From NCBI RefSeq assembly GCF_054482525.1, contig NZ_CM137006.1: a DNA stretch of 64,000 nt; one strand, given 5' to 3'. This document shows, one piece after another, positions 43,301-54,102 of this stretch. Each line of letters begins with the position of its first letter. Position 1 is the stretch's first letter. The notes beneath the pieces are model-generated. The model saw only the letters and a list, made by a program, of their open reading frames with translations. It made no database searches and had not been told where the DNA came from. The position numbers were made by a program, and so were the translations under genes.

Positions 43301-44895
43301 CTGGCGGCACGCAGTGTTCTGATGAGCTGAAAAAATCGCTGGTCGATAACAACATGATCTACGGCGAGAAGAGCGTTAATAAAGCGGGCATGATGAACCC
43401 GAGCTATCCGCTCAACTATATGGAAAAACCGCTGACGCGCCTGATGCTGGGTCGTTCCTGGTGGGATCTGAACATCAAAGTTGATGTCGAGAAGTATCCG
43501 GGAGCGGTATCGGCAGAAGGTGAGAAGGTTACTGAAACCATCAGCCTGTACTCGAATCCGACCAAATGGTTTGCGGGTAACATGCAGTCTACTGGCCTGT
43601 GGGCTCCGGCTCAGAAAGAGGTCACCATTGAGTCTACTGCATCAGTTCCTGTGACTGTCACCGTGGCGCTGGCCGACGACCTTACCGGACGTGAGAAGCA
43701 TGAAGTCGCTCTGAACCGTCCGCCAAAAGTGACGAAAACCTATGAGCTGAAAGCCAATGGTGAGATGAAGTTTACGGTTCCTTACGGTGGTCTGATTTAT
43801 ATCAAGGGCAACAGCCCACAGAATGAGTCAGCCGAATTCACCTTTACTGGTGTGGTGAAAGCGCCGTTCTATAAAGATGGCGCATGGAAAAACGCTCTGA
43901 ACTCCCCTGCGCCGTTGGGCGAGCTGGAGTCAGACGCTTTCGTCTACACCACGCCGAAGAAGAACCTTGAGGCCAGCAATTTCACTGGTGGCGTAGCAGA
44001 ATTCGCTAAAGATCTGGATACCTTTGCCAGCTCGATGAATGACTTCTACGGTCGTAATGATGAAGACGGTAAGCACCGGATGTTTACCTATAAAAACTTG
44101 ACGGGGCACAAGCATCGTTTCACCAACGATGTGCAGATCTCCATCGGTGATGCGCACTCTGGTTATCCGGTAATGAACAGCAGCTTCTCGACGAACAGCA
44201 CCACGCTGCCGACGACGCCGCTGAACGACTGGCTGATCTGGCACGAAGTTGGTCACAACGCTGCAGAAACGCCGCTGACTGTTCCTGGCGCAACTGAAGT
44301 AGCGAACAACGTGCTGGCGCTGTACATGCAGGATCGCTATCTCGGCAAGATGAACCGTGTCGCTGACGACATTACCGTCGCGCCGGAATATCTGGAGGAG
44401 AGCAACGGTCAGGCATGGGCGCGCGGCGGTGCGGGTGACCGTCTGCTGATGTACGCACAGCTGAAAGAGTGGGCAGAGAAAAACTTTGATATCAAGACGT
44501 GGTATCCAGATGGCAATCTGCCAGCGTTCTACAGCGAGCGTGAAGGGATGAAAGGCTGGAACCTGTTCCAGTTGATGCATCGTAAAGCACGCGGCGATGA
44601 GGTTGGCAAAACCAAGTTTGGCGAAAGAAATTACTGTGCCGAATCCAACGGTAACGCTGCCGACAAGCTGATGCTGTGTGCATCCTGGGTCGCCCAGACG
44701 GATCTTTCGGAGTTCTTTAAGAAATGGAATCCGGGCGCGAATGCTTACCAGTTGCCGGGAGCGAGCGAGATGAACTTCGAGGGCGGTGTGAGCCAGTCGG
44801 CTTACGAGACACTGGCGGCGCTTAATCTGCCGAAACCGCAGCAAGGGCCGGAAACCATTAATCAGGTTACCGAGCATAAGATGTCAGCTGAGTAA
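40330..44895 (+). CDS. yghJ: SslE/YghJ surface lipoprotein, M60-like zinc metalloprotease (mucinase), T2SS-beta substrate
   Basis: Track ORF 40312-44895; ATG at 40330 (MNKKFKYKKSLLAAILSATLLAGC) gives lipobox; HEVGH zinc motif near C-terminus. Confidence 0.9.
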   Translation: MNKKFKYKKSLLAAILSATLLAGCDGGGSGSSSDTPPVDSGTGSLPEVKPDPTPNPEPTPEPTPDPEPTPEPTPDPEPTPEPEPEPVPTKTGYLTLGGSQRITGATCNGESSDGFTFTPGDKVTCVAGNNTTIATFDTQSEAARSLRAVEKVSFSLEDAQELAASDDKKSNAVSLVTSSNSCPANTEQVCLTFSSVIESKRFDSLYKQIDLAPEEFKKLVNEEVENNAATDKAPSTHTSPVVPVTTPGTKPDLNASFVSANAEQFYQYQPTEIILSEGRLVDSMGNGVVGVNYYTSSGRGVTGENGKFNFSWGETISFGIDTFELGSVRGNKSTIALTELGDEVRGANIDQLIHRYSQAGKNDEREVPDVVRKVFAEYPNVINEIINLSLSNGEALSEGDQTFERTNEFLEQFESGQAKEIDTAICDSLGGCNSQRWFSLTARNVNDGQIQGVINKLWGVDTNYKSVSKFHVFHDSTNFYGSTGNARGQAVVNISNAAFPILMARNDKNYWLAFGEKRAWDKNELAYITEAPSLVEPENVTRDTATFNLPFISLGQVGEGKLMVIGNPHYNSILRCPNGYSWEGGVDKNGQCTRNSDSNDMKHFMQNVLRYLSDDKWTPDAKASMTVGTNLDTVYFKRHGQVTGNSAEFGFHPDFAGISVEHLSSYGDLDPQEMPLLILNGFEYVTQVGNDPYAIPLRADTSKPKLTQQDVTDLIAYLNKGGSVLIMENVMSNLKEESASGFVRLLDAAGLSMALNKSVVNNDPQGYPNRVRQQRATGIWVYERYPAVDGALPYTIDSKTGEVKWKYQVENKPDDKPKLEVASWLEDVDGKQETRYAFIDEADHKTEDSLKAAKAKIFEKFPGLKECKDPTYHYEVNCLEYRPGTGVPVTGGMYVPQYTQLSLNADTAKAMVQAADLGTNIQRLYQHELYFRTNGRKGERLSSVDLERLYQNMSVWLWNKIEYRYENDKDDELGFKTFTEFLNCYANDAYTGGTQCSDELKKSLVDNNMIYGEKSVNKAGMMNPSYPLNYMEKPLTRLMLGRSWWDLNIKVDVEKYPGAVSAEGEKVTETISLYSNPTKWFAGNMQSTGLWAPAQKEVTIESTASVPVTVTVALADDLTGREKHEVALNRPPKVTKTYELKANGEMKFTVPYGGLIYIKGNSPQNESAEFTFTGVVKAPFYKDGAWKNALNSPAPLGELESDAFVYTTPKKNLEASNFTGGVAEFAKDLDTFASSMNDFYGRNDEDGKHRMFTYKNLTGHKHRFTNDVQISIGDAHSGYPVMNSSFSTNSTTLPTTPLNDWLIWHEVGHNAAETPLTVPGATEVANNVLALYMQDRYLGKMNRVADDITVAPEYLEESNGQAWARGGAGDRLLMYAQLKEWAEKNFDIKTWYPDGNLPAFYSEREGMKGWNLFQLMHRKARGDEVGKTKFGERNYCAESNGNAADKLMLCASWVAQTDLSEFFKKWNPGANAYQLPGASEMNFEGGVSQSAYETLAALNLPKPQQGPETINQVTEHKMSAE
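40474..40600 (+). repeat. In-frame tandem repeat encoding a Pro/Glu/Thr-rich linker (PEPTPEPTPDPEPT...) in yghJ
   Basis: Near-identical ccggagccgacgcctgagccaacgccggaccc units repeated; low-complexity linker after the lipobox. Confidence 0.7.
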
Positions 44896-45005
44896 GCCTG
44901 TATGCCGGATAAGGCGCTCGCGCCGCATCCGGCATGAAATAAGGCGCATCGGGCCTGGAGGAAAGCCGTATGGCATACACCTGCAGGCCCGCATCCGGCA
45001 AGTTA
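44896..45005. repeat. Cluster of REP palindromes between yghJ and pppA
   Basis: gccggataaggcgctcgcgccgcatccggc and ggcccgcatccggcaag REP-like units. Confidence 0.6.
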
Positions 45006-45024
45006 CAACAAATAACCTTTAACC

Positions 45025-45834
45025 ATGTTTTTTGATGTTTTTCAGCAATACCCCGCGGCGATACCCGTCCTGGCTACCGTCGGAGGATTGATTATCGGCA
45101 GTTTTTTGAATGTGGTGATTTGGCGTTACCCCATCATGCTGCGCCAACAAATGGCGGAGTTTCACGGTGAAATGCCGAGCGCGCAGTCAAAAATAAGCCT
45201 TGCGCTACCGCGTTCGCACTGCCCACATTGTCAGCAGACCATCCGGATACGTGACAATATTCCGCTGCTCTCCTGGCTGATGCTCAAAGGGCGCTGCCGT
45301 GATTGTCAGGCGAAAATCAGCAAGCGTTATCCGCTGGTGGAGTTATTGACAGCACTCGCTTTTTTGCTGGCGAGTCTGGTGTGGTCAGAAAGTGGATGGG
45401 GACTGGCGGTGATGATATTATCCGCCTGGCTGATTGCCGCGAGCATCATCGACCTCGATAACCAATGGCTGCCCGATGTTTTTACTCAGGGCGTATTGTG
45501 GACCGGGCTGATTGCGGCATGGGCGCAACAGAGTCCGTTAACGCTACAAGACGCAGTTACCGGCGTCCTGGTGGGGTTTATCACTTTTTACTCCCTGCGC
45601 TGGATAGCCGGAATAGTTCTGCGTAAAGAAGCATTAGGCATGGGCGATGTATTATTGTTCGCCGCTTTAGGTAGTTGGGTGGGGCCGTTATCACTGCCCA
45701 ATGTTGCTTTAATCGCCTCATGCTGCGGCCTGATATATGCCGTTATTACAAAAAGAGGATCAACCACACTGCCTTTTGGACCGTGTTTAAGTCTGGGCGG
45801 TATAGCAACACTTTATCTACAGGCATTGTTTTAA
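45025..45834 (+). CDS. pppA: Prepilin peptidase (GspO/PulO family) for T2SS-beta
   Basis: 269-aa membrane ORF with N-terminal Cys-pair region (CPHCQ...CRDC). Confidence 0.9.
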   Translation: MFFDVFQQYPAAIPVLATVGGLIIGSFLNVVIWRYPIMLRQQMAEFHGEMPSAQSKISLALPRSHCPHCQQTIRIRDNIPLLSWLMLKGRCRDCQAKISKRYPLVELLTALAFLLASLVWSESGWGLAVMILSAWLIAASIIDLDNQWLPDVFTQGVLWTGLIAAWAQQSPLTLQDAVTGVLVGFITFYSLRWIAGIVLRKEALGMGDVLLFAALGSWVGPLSLPNVALIASCCGLIYAVITKRGSTTLPFGPCLSLGGIATLYLQALF

Positions 45835-45899
45835 TGATAACCACGTCATTATCAAAGTGACATTTTAACTCTTATTAATAACCTTAGAGATTATTTACC

Positions 45900-46310
45900 A
45901 TGTCGATAAAACAAATGCCAGGGAGGGTATTAATATCGCTATTGTTGAGCGTTACAGGATTATTAAGTGGCTGTGCCAGCCATAATGAAAATGCCAGTTT
46001 ACTGGCGAAAAAACAGGCGCAAAATATCAGCCAAAACCTGCCGATTAAATCTGCGGGATATACCTTAGTGCTGGCGCAAAGTAGCGGCACGACGGTAAAA
46101 ATGACCATTATCAGCGAAGCGGGTACTCAGACCACGCAGACACCTGACGCCTTTTTAACCAGCTATCAACGACAAATGTGCGCTGACCCGACGGTGAAAT
46201 TAATGATCACTGAGGGAATTAATTACAGCATAACGATTAATGATACACGTACAGGTAACCAGTATCAGCGGAAACTGGATCGTACCACCTGTGGAATAGT
46301 CAAAGCATAA
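45900..46310 (+). CDS. yghG: T2SS-beta pilotin lipoprotein (YghG/AspS-type)
   Basis: 136-aa ORF with lipobox LLSGC; immediately upstream of gspC-D. Confidence 0.8.
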   Translation: MSIKQMPGRVLISLLLSVTGLLSGCASHNENASLLAKKQAQNISQNLPIKSAGYTLVLAQSSGTTVKMTIISEAGTQTTQTPDAFLTSYQRQMCADPTVKLMITEGINYSITINDTRTGNQYQRKLDRTTCGIVKA

Positions 46311-46327
46311 CGTCGGGTAGATATAAA

Positions 46328-47287
46328 TTGGCGCGGGTTGTTTTTCGTGACGCACGAATTTATCTCATTCAATGGCTGACAAAAATTCGTCACACTCTTA
46401 ACCAGAGACAATCTCTTAATACAGACAAAGAGCATCTGCGCAAAATTGCACGCGGGATGTTCTGGCTGATGCTGCTTATTATTTCTGCAAAAGTGGCGCA
46501 TTCACTCTGGCGCTATTTCTCCTTTTCTGCGGAATATACGGCGGTTTCCCCATCGGCGAATAAACCGCTCCGTGCGGATGCAAAACCGTTCGATAAAAAT
46601 GACGTGCAATTAGTCAGCCAACAAAACTGGTTTGGCAAATATCAACCCGTCGCCGCACCGGTAAAACAACCTGAATCTGCGCCTGTGGCAGAAACGCGTC
46701 TTAATGTGGTGCTGCGCGGGATCGCCTTTGGTGCCAGACCCGGCGCGGTTATTGAAGAAGGCGGCAAACAGCAGGTCTATTTGCAGGGTGAACGGCTTGG
46801 CTCTCACAACGCGGTGATTGAGGAAATTAATCGTGACCATGTGATGCTGCGCTATCAGGGGAAAATGGAACGTCTGAGTCTGGCAGAAGAGAAGCGTCCC
46901 ACCATAGCCGTGACCAGCAAAAAAGCCGTCAGCGACGAAGCAAAGCAAGCTGTTGCTGAGCCTGCTGCCAGTGCGCCAGTTGAGATCCCGGCTGCCGTGC
47001 GTCAGGCACTGGCGAAAGATCCGCAGAAAATTTTTAACTATATCCAGCTTACGCCTGTGCGTAAGGAAGGGATTGTCGGTTATGCAGTGAAACCGGGGGC
47101 AGATCGTTCTCTGTTCGATGCCAGCGGTTTTAAGGAAGGCGATATCGCCATTGCGCTAAATCAGCAGGATTTCACTGATCCACGAGCAATGATTGCTCTG
47201 ATGCGGCAGTTACCTTCAATGGATTCCATTCAACTTACGGTTTTACGCAAGGGTGCGCGCTACGACATTTCCATCGCGCTGCGCTAA
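46328..47287 (+). CDS. gspC: T2SS-beta inner membrane component GspC (start uncertain)
   Basis: Track ORF 319 aa; internal Met (MFWLMLLIISAKV) precedes the single TM segment and may be the true start; C-terminal PDZ-like region. Confidence 0.75.
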   Translation: MARVVFRDARIYLIQWLTKIRHTLNQRQSLNTDKEHLRKIARGMFWLMLLIISAKVAHSLWRYFSFSAEYTAVSPSANKPLRADAKPFDKNDVQLVSQQNWFGKYQPVAAPVKQPESAPVAETRLNVVLRGIAFGARPGAVIEEGGKQQVYLQGERLGSHNAVIEEINRDHVMLRYQGKMERLSLAEEKRPTIAVTSKKAVSDEAKQAVAEPAASAPVEIPAAVRQALAKDPQKIFNYIQLTPVRKEGIVGYAVKPGADRSLFDASGFKEGDIAIALNQQDFTDPRAMIALMRQLPSMDSIQLTVLRKGARYDISIALR

Positions 47288-47316
47288 CCGCATTTAATCC
47301 AGGAGAATCATTCATC

Positions 47317-49377
47317 GTGTTTTGGCGTGATATGACGTTGTCGGTCTGGCGTAAGAAGACAACTGGCCTCAAAACAAAAAAGCGTTTACTGCCGCTGGTG
47401 CTGGCAGCGGCATTATGCAGTTCACCGGTCTGGGCGGAAGAAGCCACTTTCACCGCTAATTTTAAAGATACCGACCTGAAATCGTTCATCGAAACCGTCG
47501 GCGCTAACCTTAATAAAACCATCATTATGGGGCCGGGCGTTCAGGGGAAAGTGAGTATTCGCACCATGACCCCGCTCAATGAACGCCAGTATTACCAGCT
47601 ATTCCTTAACCTGCTGGAAGCACAGGGGTATGCCGTCGTACCGATGGAAAACGACGTGCTGAAGGTGGTGAAATCCAGTGCCGCGAAAGTCGAGCCGCTG
47701 CCGCTGGTCGGTGAAGGCAGCGACAACTACGCGGGCGATGAAATGGTCACCAAAGTCGTGCCGGTACGTAATGTGTCGGTACGCGAGCTGGCACCGATTC
47801 TGCGCCAGATGATCGACAGCGCAGGCTCAGGCAACGTTGTTAATTACGATCCCTCCAACGTGATTATGCTTACCGGACGCGCCTCAGTTGTGGAGCGCCT
47901 GACGGAAGTGATCCAGCGCGTGGATCATGCGGGTAATCGCACCGAAGAGGTGATCCCGCTGGATAACGCCTCGGCTTCGGAAATCGCCCGCGTGCTGGAA
48001 AGCCTGACGAAAAACAGCGGCGAGAACCAGCCTGCGACGCTGAAATCTCAAATTGTCGCCGACGAACGCACCAACAGTGTGATTGTCAGTGGTGACCCGG
48101 CCACGCGGGACAAAATGCGCCGCCTGATCCGTCGGCTGGACTCAGAAATGGAGCGCAGCGGCAACAGCCAGGTTTTCTATCTCAAATACAGCAAAGCCGA
48201 AGATCTGGTCGATGTACTGAAGCAGGTCAGCGGCACGCTCACGGCGGCTAAAGAAGAGGCGGAAGGCACCGTCGGTAGCGGGCGTGAGGTTGTCTCCATC
48301 GCCGCCAGCAAACACAGTAATGCCCTGATTGTTACCGCGCCGCAGGACATCATGCAGTCGCTGCAAAGCGTGATTGAACAACTGGATATTCGCCGTGCTC
48401 AGGTGCACGTCGAGGCGTTGATCGTGGAAGTTGCCGAAGGTAGCAATATCAATTTCGGCGTGCAGTGGGCGTCGAAAGATGCCGGATTAATGCAGTTTGC
48501 TAACGGTACGCAGATCCCTATTGGCACGCTGGGTGCAGCCATTTCTCAGGCGAAACCGCAGAAAGGCTCCACGGTGATCAGTGAAAACGGCGCTACCACC
48601 ATTAACCCGGATACTAACGGCGATCTCTCCACGCTCGCTCAGCTTCTTTCTGGCTTTAGCGGTACGGCGGTTGGCGTGGTGAAAGGCGACTGGATGGCGC
48701 TGGTACAGGCGGTCAAAAACGACTCCAGCTCGAACGTGCTCTCCACGCCGAGTATCACCACGCTGGACAACCAGGAAGCCTTCTTCATGGTGGGCCAGGA
48801 CGTTCCGGTATTAACCGGCTCTACTGTTGGCTCTAATAACAGCAATCCTTTCAATACGGTAGAGAGGAAAAAAGTCGGCATCATGCTGAAAGTCACGCCG
48901 CAGATTAACGAAGGAAACGCGGTACAGATGGTGATTGAGCAGGAAGTGTCGAAGGTGGAAGGACAGACCAGCCTCGATGTCGTGTTTGGCGAGCGCAAAC
49001 TGAAAACCACCGTGCTGGCTAACGATGGTGAGCTGATCGTGCTTGGCGGTCTGATGGACGATCAGGCGGGAGAAAGCGTGGCGAAAGTGCCGCTGCTTGG
49101 CGATATCCCATTGATTGGTAACCTGTTTAAATCGACGGCGGATAAAAAAGAAAAACGTAACCTGATGGTATTTATCCGCCCGACCATTCTGCGTGACGGT
49201 ATGGCGGCAGACGGCGTGTCGCAGCGCAAATATAACTATATGCGCGCCGAACAGATCTATCGCGATGAGCAAGGCTTGAGCCTGATGCCGCACACCGCGC
49301 AGCCGGTACTGCCAGCGCAAAATCAGGCTCTACCGCCAGAAGTTCGCGCGTTCCTTAATGCCGGGAGAACGCGTTAA
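47317..49377 (+). CDS. gspD: T2SS-beta outer membrane secretin GspD
   Basis: 686-aa ORF with signal peptide; aggag RBS upstream; secretin family; non-ATG start likely. Confidence 0.9.
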   Translation: MFWRDMTLSVWRKKTTGLKTKKRLLPLVLAAALCSSPVWAEEATFTANFKDTDLKSFIETVGANLNKTIIMGPGVQGKVSIRTMTPLNERQYYQLFLNLLEAQGYAVVPMENDVLKVVKSSAAKVEPLPLVGEGSDNYAGDEMVTKVVPVRNVSVRELAPILRQMIDSAGSGNVVNYDPSNVIMLTGRASVVERLTEVIQRVDHAGNRTEEVIPLDNASASEIARVLESLTKNSGENQPATLKSQIVADERTNSVIVSGDPATRDKMRRLIRRLDSEMERSGNSQVFYLKYSKAEDLVDVLKQVSGTLTAAKEEAEGTVGSGREVVSIAASKHSNALIVTAPQDIMQSLQSVIEQLDIRRAQVHVEALIVEVAEGSNINFGVQWASKDAGLMQFANGTQIPIGTLGAAISQAKPQKGSTVISENGATTINPDTNGDLSTLAQLLSGFSGTAVGVVKGDWMALVQAVKNDSSSNVLSTPSITTLDNQEAFFMVGQDVPVLTGSTVGSNNSNPFNTVERKKVGIMLKVTPQINEGNAVQMVIEQEVSKVEGQTSLDVVFGERKLKTTVLANDGELIVLGGLMDDQAGESVAKVPLLGDIPLIGNLFKSTADKKEKRNLMVFIRPTILRDGMAADGVSQRKYNYMRAEQIYRDEQGLSLMPHTAQPVLPAQNQALPPEVRAFLNAGRTR

Positions 49378-50870
49378 TGGTGCCTGTAGCACAGGAAACC
49401 ACCGCTAACACCGTGCGTCTGCCCTACAGTTTCAGCCGTCGGTTTAGCCTGGTGGCATGGTGCGAAGCGTCGCTGGAGATCCTCCATGTTCATCCGTTGT
49501 CGCTCTCTGTTTTGCAGGAGCTGCAGCGGGGGCTGAACGCGTCTTTTACGCTGAGGCAAATCGACGAGGCCGAATTTGAACAGCGGCTGAATGCGGTCTG
49601 GCAGCGGGACTCTTCCGAGGCCCGCCAGCTGATGGAAGATCTCGGTTCTGCTGAGGACTTTTTTACTCTCGCAGAAGAACTACCGGAAACGGAAGATCTG
49701 CTGGAAAGTGACGACGATGCGCCAATCATCAAACTGATCAACGCCATGTTGGCAGAGGCGATTAAAGAAGGCGCTTCGGATATCCACATCGAGACGTTTG
49801 AAAAGAGTCTGGTGATCCGTTTTCGTGTTGACGGCACACTATATGAAATGCTGCGTCCGGGGCGCAAACTGGCCTCGCTGCTGGTATCGCGTATTAAGGT
49901 GATGGCACGGCTGGATATCGCCGAAAAACGCGTACCGCAGGATGGGCGCATTGCGCTGCTGCTGGGCGGTCGGGCGATTGACGTGCGTGTCTCCACCATG
50001 CCTTCCGCCTGGGGGGAACGGGTGGTGCTGCGACTGCTGGACAAAAACCAGGCTCGCCTGACGCTGGAGCGTCTGGGTTTAAGTCTCGAACTGACTGCGC
50101 AGTTGCGCCAGCTGTTACACAAACCGCACGGCATTTTTCTGGTGACGGGGCCGACCGGTTCCGGCAAAAGCACCACGCTGTACGCTGGATTGCAGGAGCT
50201 GAACAACCACTCGCGTAACATTCTCACGGTTGAAGACCCTATCGAATACATGATTGAAGGGATCGGTCAGACGCAGGTTAACACCCGCGTCGGCATGACC
50301 TTCGCCCGTGGCCTGCGCGCGATTTTGCGTCAGGACCCGGATGTGGTGATGGTCGGTGAAATCCGCGATACCGAAACCGCAGAAATTGCCGTCCAGGCAT
50401 CGCTTACAGGGCACCTGGTCCTTTCCACGCTGCATACCAACACGGCGGTGGGGGCGATCACACGTTTGCAGGATATGGGCGTGGAGCCTTTCCTGCTCTC
50501 TTCCAGTCTGACGGGCGTGATGGCGCAGCGACTGGTTCGCACGCTGTGTCCCGATTGCCGCCAGTCCGCGCCTGCCACCGACGAAGAAAAACGCCTGCTG
50601 GGGATTACCGATGCGCGAACCGTCACGCTGTACCATCCGCAGGGTTGTCCCGCCTGTAATCATAAAGGTTTTCGCGGACGTACTGCCATCCATGAGCTGA
50701 TCGTGGTGGACGCCACATTGCGTGATTTGATCCACCGTCAGGCCGGGGAACTGGAGCTGGAACGTTATGTCCGGCAACACTCTGCGGGTATCCGCAGCAA
50801 CGGCATTGAGAAAGTGCTCGCCGGAGAAACCTCTCTCGATGAAGTTCTGCGGGTAACCATGGAGGCGTAA
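49377..50870 (+). CDS. gspE: T2SS-beta assembly ATPase GspE
   Basis: 497-aa ORF; Walker [10 protein letters not shown] and C-terminal tetracysteine motif; start overlaps gspD stop. Confidence 0.95.
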   Translation: MVPVAQETTANTVRLPYSFSRRFSLVAWCEASLEILHVHPLSLSVLQELQRGLNASFTLRQIDEAEFEQRLNAVWQRDSSEARQLMEDLGSAEDFFTLAEELPETEDLLESDDDAPIIKLINAMLAEAIKEGASDIHIETFEKSLVIRFRVDGTLYEMLRPGRKLASLLVSRIKVMARLDIAEKRVPQDGRIALLLGGRAIDVRVSTMPSAWGERVVLRLLDKNQARLTLERLGLSLELTAQLRQLLHKPHGIFLVTGPTGSGKSTTLYAGLQELNNHSRNILTVEDPIEYMIEGIGQTQVNTRVGMTFARGLRAILRQDPDVVMVGEIRDTETAEIAVQASLTGHLVLSTLHTNTAVGAITRLQDMGVEPFLLSSSLTGVMAQRLVRTLCPDCRQSAPATDEEKRLLGITDARTVTLYHPQGCPACNHKGFRGRTAIHELIVVDATLRDLIHRQAGELELERYVRQHSAGIRSNGIEKVLAGETSLDEVLRVTMEA

Positions 50871-52093
50871 TGGCACTGTTTTACTATCAGGCGCTGGAGC
50901 GTAATGGTCGCAAAACCAAAGGCATGATTGAGGCGGATTCCGCGCGTCATGCCCGCCAGTTGTTGCGTGGTAAAGAGCTTATCCCCGTGCACATTGAAGC
51001 CCGGCTGAATGCTTCGACTGGGGGAATGTTGCAGCGTCGGCGGCATGCACATCGTCGCGTGGTGGCGGCAGATTTGGCGCTGTTCACACGCCAACTGGCA
51101 ACGCTGGTGCAGGCAGCAATGCCGCTGGAAACCTGCTTACAGGCGGTCAGTGAGCAAAGTGAAAAACTGCATGTAAAAAGCCTCGGAATGGCGCTGCGCA
51201 GCCGGATTCAGGAAGGTTATACCCTGTCGGACAGCCTGCGCGAACATCCCCGCGTCTTTGACTCCCTGTTTTGTTCGATGGTCGCTGCCGGAGAAAAATC
51301 CGGACATCTCGACGTGGTGCTCAATCGCCTGGCGGATTACACCGAACAGCGGCAGCGTCTGAAATCACGCCTGCTGCAGGCCATGCTCTACCCGCTGGTA
51401 CTGCTGGTGGTGGCAACGGGCGTGGTCACTATTTTGCTGACGGCAGTAGTGCCGAAAATTATCGAACAGTTTGATCATCTCGGACACGCGCTGCCTGCCT
51501 CCACCCGAATGCTCATCGCCATGAGCGACATGTTACAGACCAGCGGCGTGTACTGGCTGGCGGGTTTGCTGGGGCTTCTGGTGCTGGGGCAACGGCTACT
51601 CAAAAATCCTGCGATGCGCCTGCGCTGGGATAAAACCTTGCTGCGTTTGCCCGTGACGGGGCGTGTTGCGCGCGGACTGAATACGGCGCGTTTTTCCCGC
51701 ACATTAAGCATCCTCACCGCCAGCAGTGTTCCGCTGCTGGAAGGTATTCAGACCGCCGCCGCCGTGTCGGCAAATCGTTATGTCGAGCAACAACTGCTGC
51801 TGGCGGCAGATCGCGTCCGCGAAGGAAGCAGCCTGCGCGCCGCGCTGGCGGATCTGCGCCTGTTCCCGCCGATGATGCTGTACATGATCGCCTCCGGCGA
51901 ACAGAGCGGCGAACTGGAAACCATGCTTGAGCAGGCCGCAGTCAACCAGGAACGGGAATTTGATACCCAGGTGGGGCTGGCGTTAGGGCTGTTTGAACCG
52001 GCGCTGGTGGTGATGATGGCGGGCGTGGTGCTGTTTATCGTCATCGCCATCCTCGAGCCGATGCTGCAACTGAACAATATGGTTGGAATGTAA
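50870..52093 (+). CDS. gspF: T2SS-beta inner membrane platform protein GspF
   Basis: 407-aa ORF; start overlaps gspE stop. Confidence 0.95.
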   Translation: MALFYYQALERNGRKTKGMIEADSARHARQLLRGKELIPVHIEARLNASTGGMLQRRRHAHRRVVAADLALFTRQLATLVQAAMPLETCLQAVSEQSEKLHVKSLGMALRSRIQEGYTLSDSLREHPRVFDSLFCSMVAAGEKSGHLDVVLNRLADYTEQRQRLKSRLLQAMLYPLVLLVVATGVVTILLTAVVPKIIEQFDHLGHALPASTRMLIAMSDMLQTSGVYWLAGLLGLLVLGQRLLKNPAMRLRWDKTLLRLPVTGRVARGLNTARFSRTLSILTASSVPLLEGIQTAAAVSANRYVEQQLLLAADRVREGSSLRAALADLRLFPPMMLYMIASGEQSGELETMLEQAAVNQEREFDTQVGLALGLFEPALVVMMAGVVLFIVIAILEPMLQLNNMVGM

Positions 52094-52109
52094 TTTACGG
52101 AGTTATCAC

Positions 52110-52565
52110 ATGAATTCGTTATCCCGCACACAAAAACCACGGGCAGGTTTTACCCTGCTGGAAGTGATGGTGGTGATTGTTATTCTTGGCGTCCTGGCAA
52201 GTCTGGTGGTGCCTAACCTGTTGGGCAACAAAGAGAAAGCCGATCGGCAAAAAGCCATCAGCGATATCGTGGCGCTGGAGAATGCGCTGGATATGTACCG
52301 ACTGGATAACGGGCGTTATCCGACTACCGAACAGGGGCTGGAGGCGCTGATCCAGCAACCGGCCAATATGGCGGATTCCCGTAACTACCGTACCGGTGGA
52401 TACATTAAACGACTGCCAAAGGATCCGTGGGGCAATGATTATCAGTATCTCAGCCCGGGTGAAAAAGGGCTGTTTGATGTTTATACCCTGGGAGCAGATG
52501 GTCAGGAAAACGGGGAGGGCGCTGGCGCAGATATCGGTAACTGGAATTTGCAGGAGTTTCAGTAA
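52110..52565 (+). CDS. gspG: T2SS-beta major pseudopilin GspG
   Basis: Track ORF 52083-52565; in-frame ATG at 52110 after acggag RBS; prepilin leader ending ...RAGFTLLEVMVV. Confidence 0.9.
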   Translation: MNSLSRTQKPRAGFTLLEVMVVIVILGVLASLVVPNLLGNKEKADRQKAISDIVALENALDMYRLDNGRYPTTEQGLEALIQQPANMADSRNYRTGGYIKRLPKDPWGNDYQYLSPGEKGLFDVYTLGADGQENGEGAGADIGNWNLQEFQ

Positions 52566-52568
52566 TCA

Positions 52569-53132
52569 GTGCCTGAACGCGGATTCACACTTCTGGAAAT
52601 CATGCTGGTGATTTTCCTTATCGGCCTTGCCAGTGCGGGCGTGGTGCAGACTTTTGCGACAGATTCTGAACCGCCTGCGAAAAAAGCAGCGCAGGATTTT
52701 CTGACTCGCTTTGCGCAGTTTAAGGACAGGGCAGTGATCGAAGGGCAAACACTCGGTGTGCTAATCGACCCGCCTGGCTATCAGTTTATGCAGCGTCGTC
52801 ACGGGCAATGGTTGTCCGTTTCTGCGACCCGGTTATCGGCACAGGTTACGGTGCCGAAACAGGTGCAGATGCTGTTACAACCCGGAAGTGATATGTGGCA
52901 GAAGGAATATGCGCTGGAGCTGCAGCGTCGTCGCCTGACGCTGCATGATATTGAACTGGAGCTGCAAAAAGAGGCGAAAAAGAAGACGCCGCAGATCCGT
53001 TTTTCGCCTTTTGAACCCGCCACGCCGTTTACGCTGCGTTTCTACTCAGCGGCGCAAAACGCATGTTGGGCGGTAAAACTGGCACACGATGGCACGTTAT
53101 CCCTCAGTCAATGTGATGAGAGGATGCCATGA
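52569..53132 (+). CDS. gspH: T2SS-beta minor pseudopilin GspH
   Basis: GTG start; ERGFTLLEIMLV prepilin motif. Confidence 0.85.
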   Translation: MPERGFTLLEIMLVIFLIGLASAGVVQTFATDSEPPAKKAAQDFLTRFAQFKDRAVIEGQTLGVLIDPPGYQFMQRRHGQWLSVSATRLSAQVTVPKQVQMLLQPGSDMWQKEYALELQRRRLTLHDIELELQKEAKKKTPQIRFSPFEPATPFTLRFYSAAQNACWAVKLAHDGTLSLSQCDERMP

Positions 53133-53500
53133 AGCGCGGATTTACTTTGCTGGAAGTGATGCTTGCGCTGGCGATTTTTGCGCTGGCTGCCATGGCGGTG
53201 TTACAGATTGCCAGCGGTGCGCTGAGTAATCAGCACGTTCTTGAGGAGAAAACGGTAGCGGGCTGGGTAGCTGAAAACCAGACCGCGCTGCTCTATCTGA
53301 TGACCCGCGAGCAGCGGGCGGTCAGCCACCAGGGCGAGAGCGATATGGCAGGAAGCCGCTGGTACTGGCGAACCACACCGCTGAGTACAGGCAACGCGCT
53401 GCTCCAGGCAGTGGATATTGAAGTCAGCCGTCACGAAGACTTTTCGTCGGTGATTCAGTCACGACGCGCCTGGTTTAGCGCCGTGGGAGGCCAACAGTGA
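53129..53500 (+). CDS. gspI: T2SS-beta minor pseudopilin GspI
   Basis: MKRGFTLLEVMLA prepilin motif; overlaps gspH stop. Confidence 0.85.
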   Translation: MKRGFTLLEVMLALAIFALAAMAVLQIASGALSNQHVLEEKTVAGWVAENQTALLYLMTREQRAVSHQGESDMAGSRWYWRTTPLSTGNALLQAVDIEVSRHEDFSSVIQSRRAWFSAVGGQQ

Positions 53501-54102
53501 GAAGGACTTGCGCTGGTTTCACGTTACTGGAAATGCTGGTGGCAATTGCCATTTTTGCCTCACTGGCACTGATGGCGCAGCAGGTGACAAACGGCGTTAC
53601 ACGCGTGAATAGCGCCGTCGCCGGACACGATCAAAAACTAAACCTCATGCAGCAAACGATGAGTTTTTTGAACCACGATCTGACACAAATGATGCCGCGT
53701 CCGGTAAGAGGCGATCAGGGCCAGCGTGAACCAGCGTTACTGGCGGGCGCTGGCGTGCTGGCGTCTGAGAGTGAAGGGATGCGTTTTGTGCGCGGCGGCG
53801 TGGTTAATCCGTTGATGCGTCTGCCGCGCAGTAATCTGCTCACCGTCGGTTACCGCATTCATGGTGGTTATCTCGAACGGTTAGCCTGGCCACTGACCGA
53901 TGCGGCAGGCAGCGTGAAGCCAACAACGCAAAAATTAATCCCGGCGGATTCGCTCCGTTTGCAGTTCTACGACGGCACGCGCTGGCAGGAGAGCTGGTCA
54001 TCAGTGCAGGCGATTCCTGTGGCAGTACGCATAACCCTGCATTCGCCGCAATGGGGCGAGATTGAACGCATCTGGTTGTTACGCGGGCCGCAATTATCAT
54101 GA
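53497..54102 (+). CDS. gspJ: T2SS-beta minor pseudopilin GspJ
   Basis: AGFTLLEMLVAI prepilin motif. Confidence 0.85.
   Translation: MRRTCAGFTLLEMLVAIAIFASLALMAQQVTNGVTRVNSAVAGHDQKLNLMQQTMSFLNHDLTQMMPRPVRGDQGQREPALLAGAGVLASESEGMRFVRGGVVNPLMRLPRSNLLTVGYRIHGGYLERLAWPLTDAAGSVKPTTQKLIPADSLRLQFYDGTRWQESWSSVQAIPVAVRITLHSPQWGEIERIWLLRGPQLS

Noticed and set aside
41497..44877. Three long minus-strand ORFs (272, 181 and 315 aa) inside yghJ
   Set aside because: They lie antisense to a well-supported 1521-aa gene with a lipobox and HEVGH motif; long antisense ORFs are expected in GC-rich coding sequence and none has a plausible start context.
49490..50876. Two ~253-aa minus-strand ORFs antisense to gspE
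   Set aside because: Ser/Arg-rich low-complexity translations opposite a clearly conserved ATPase gene.
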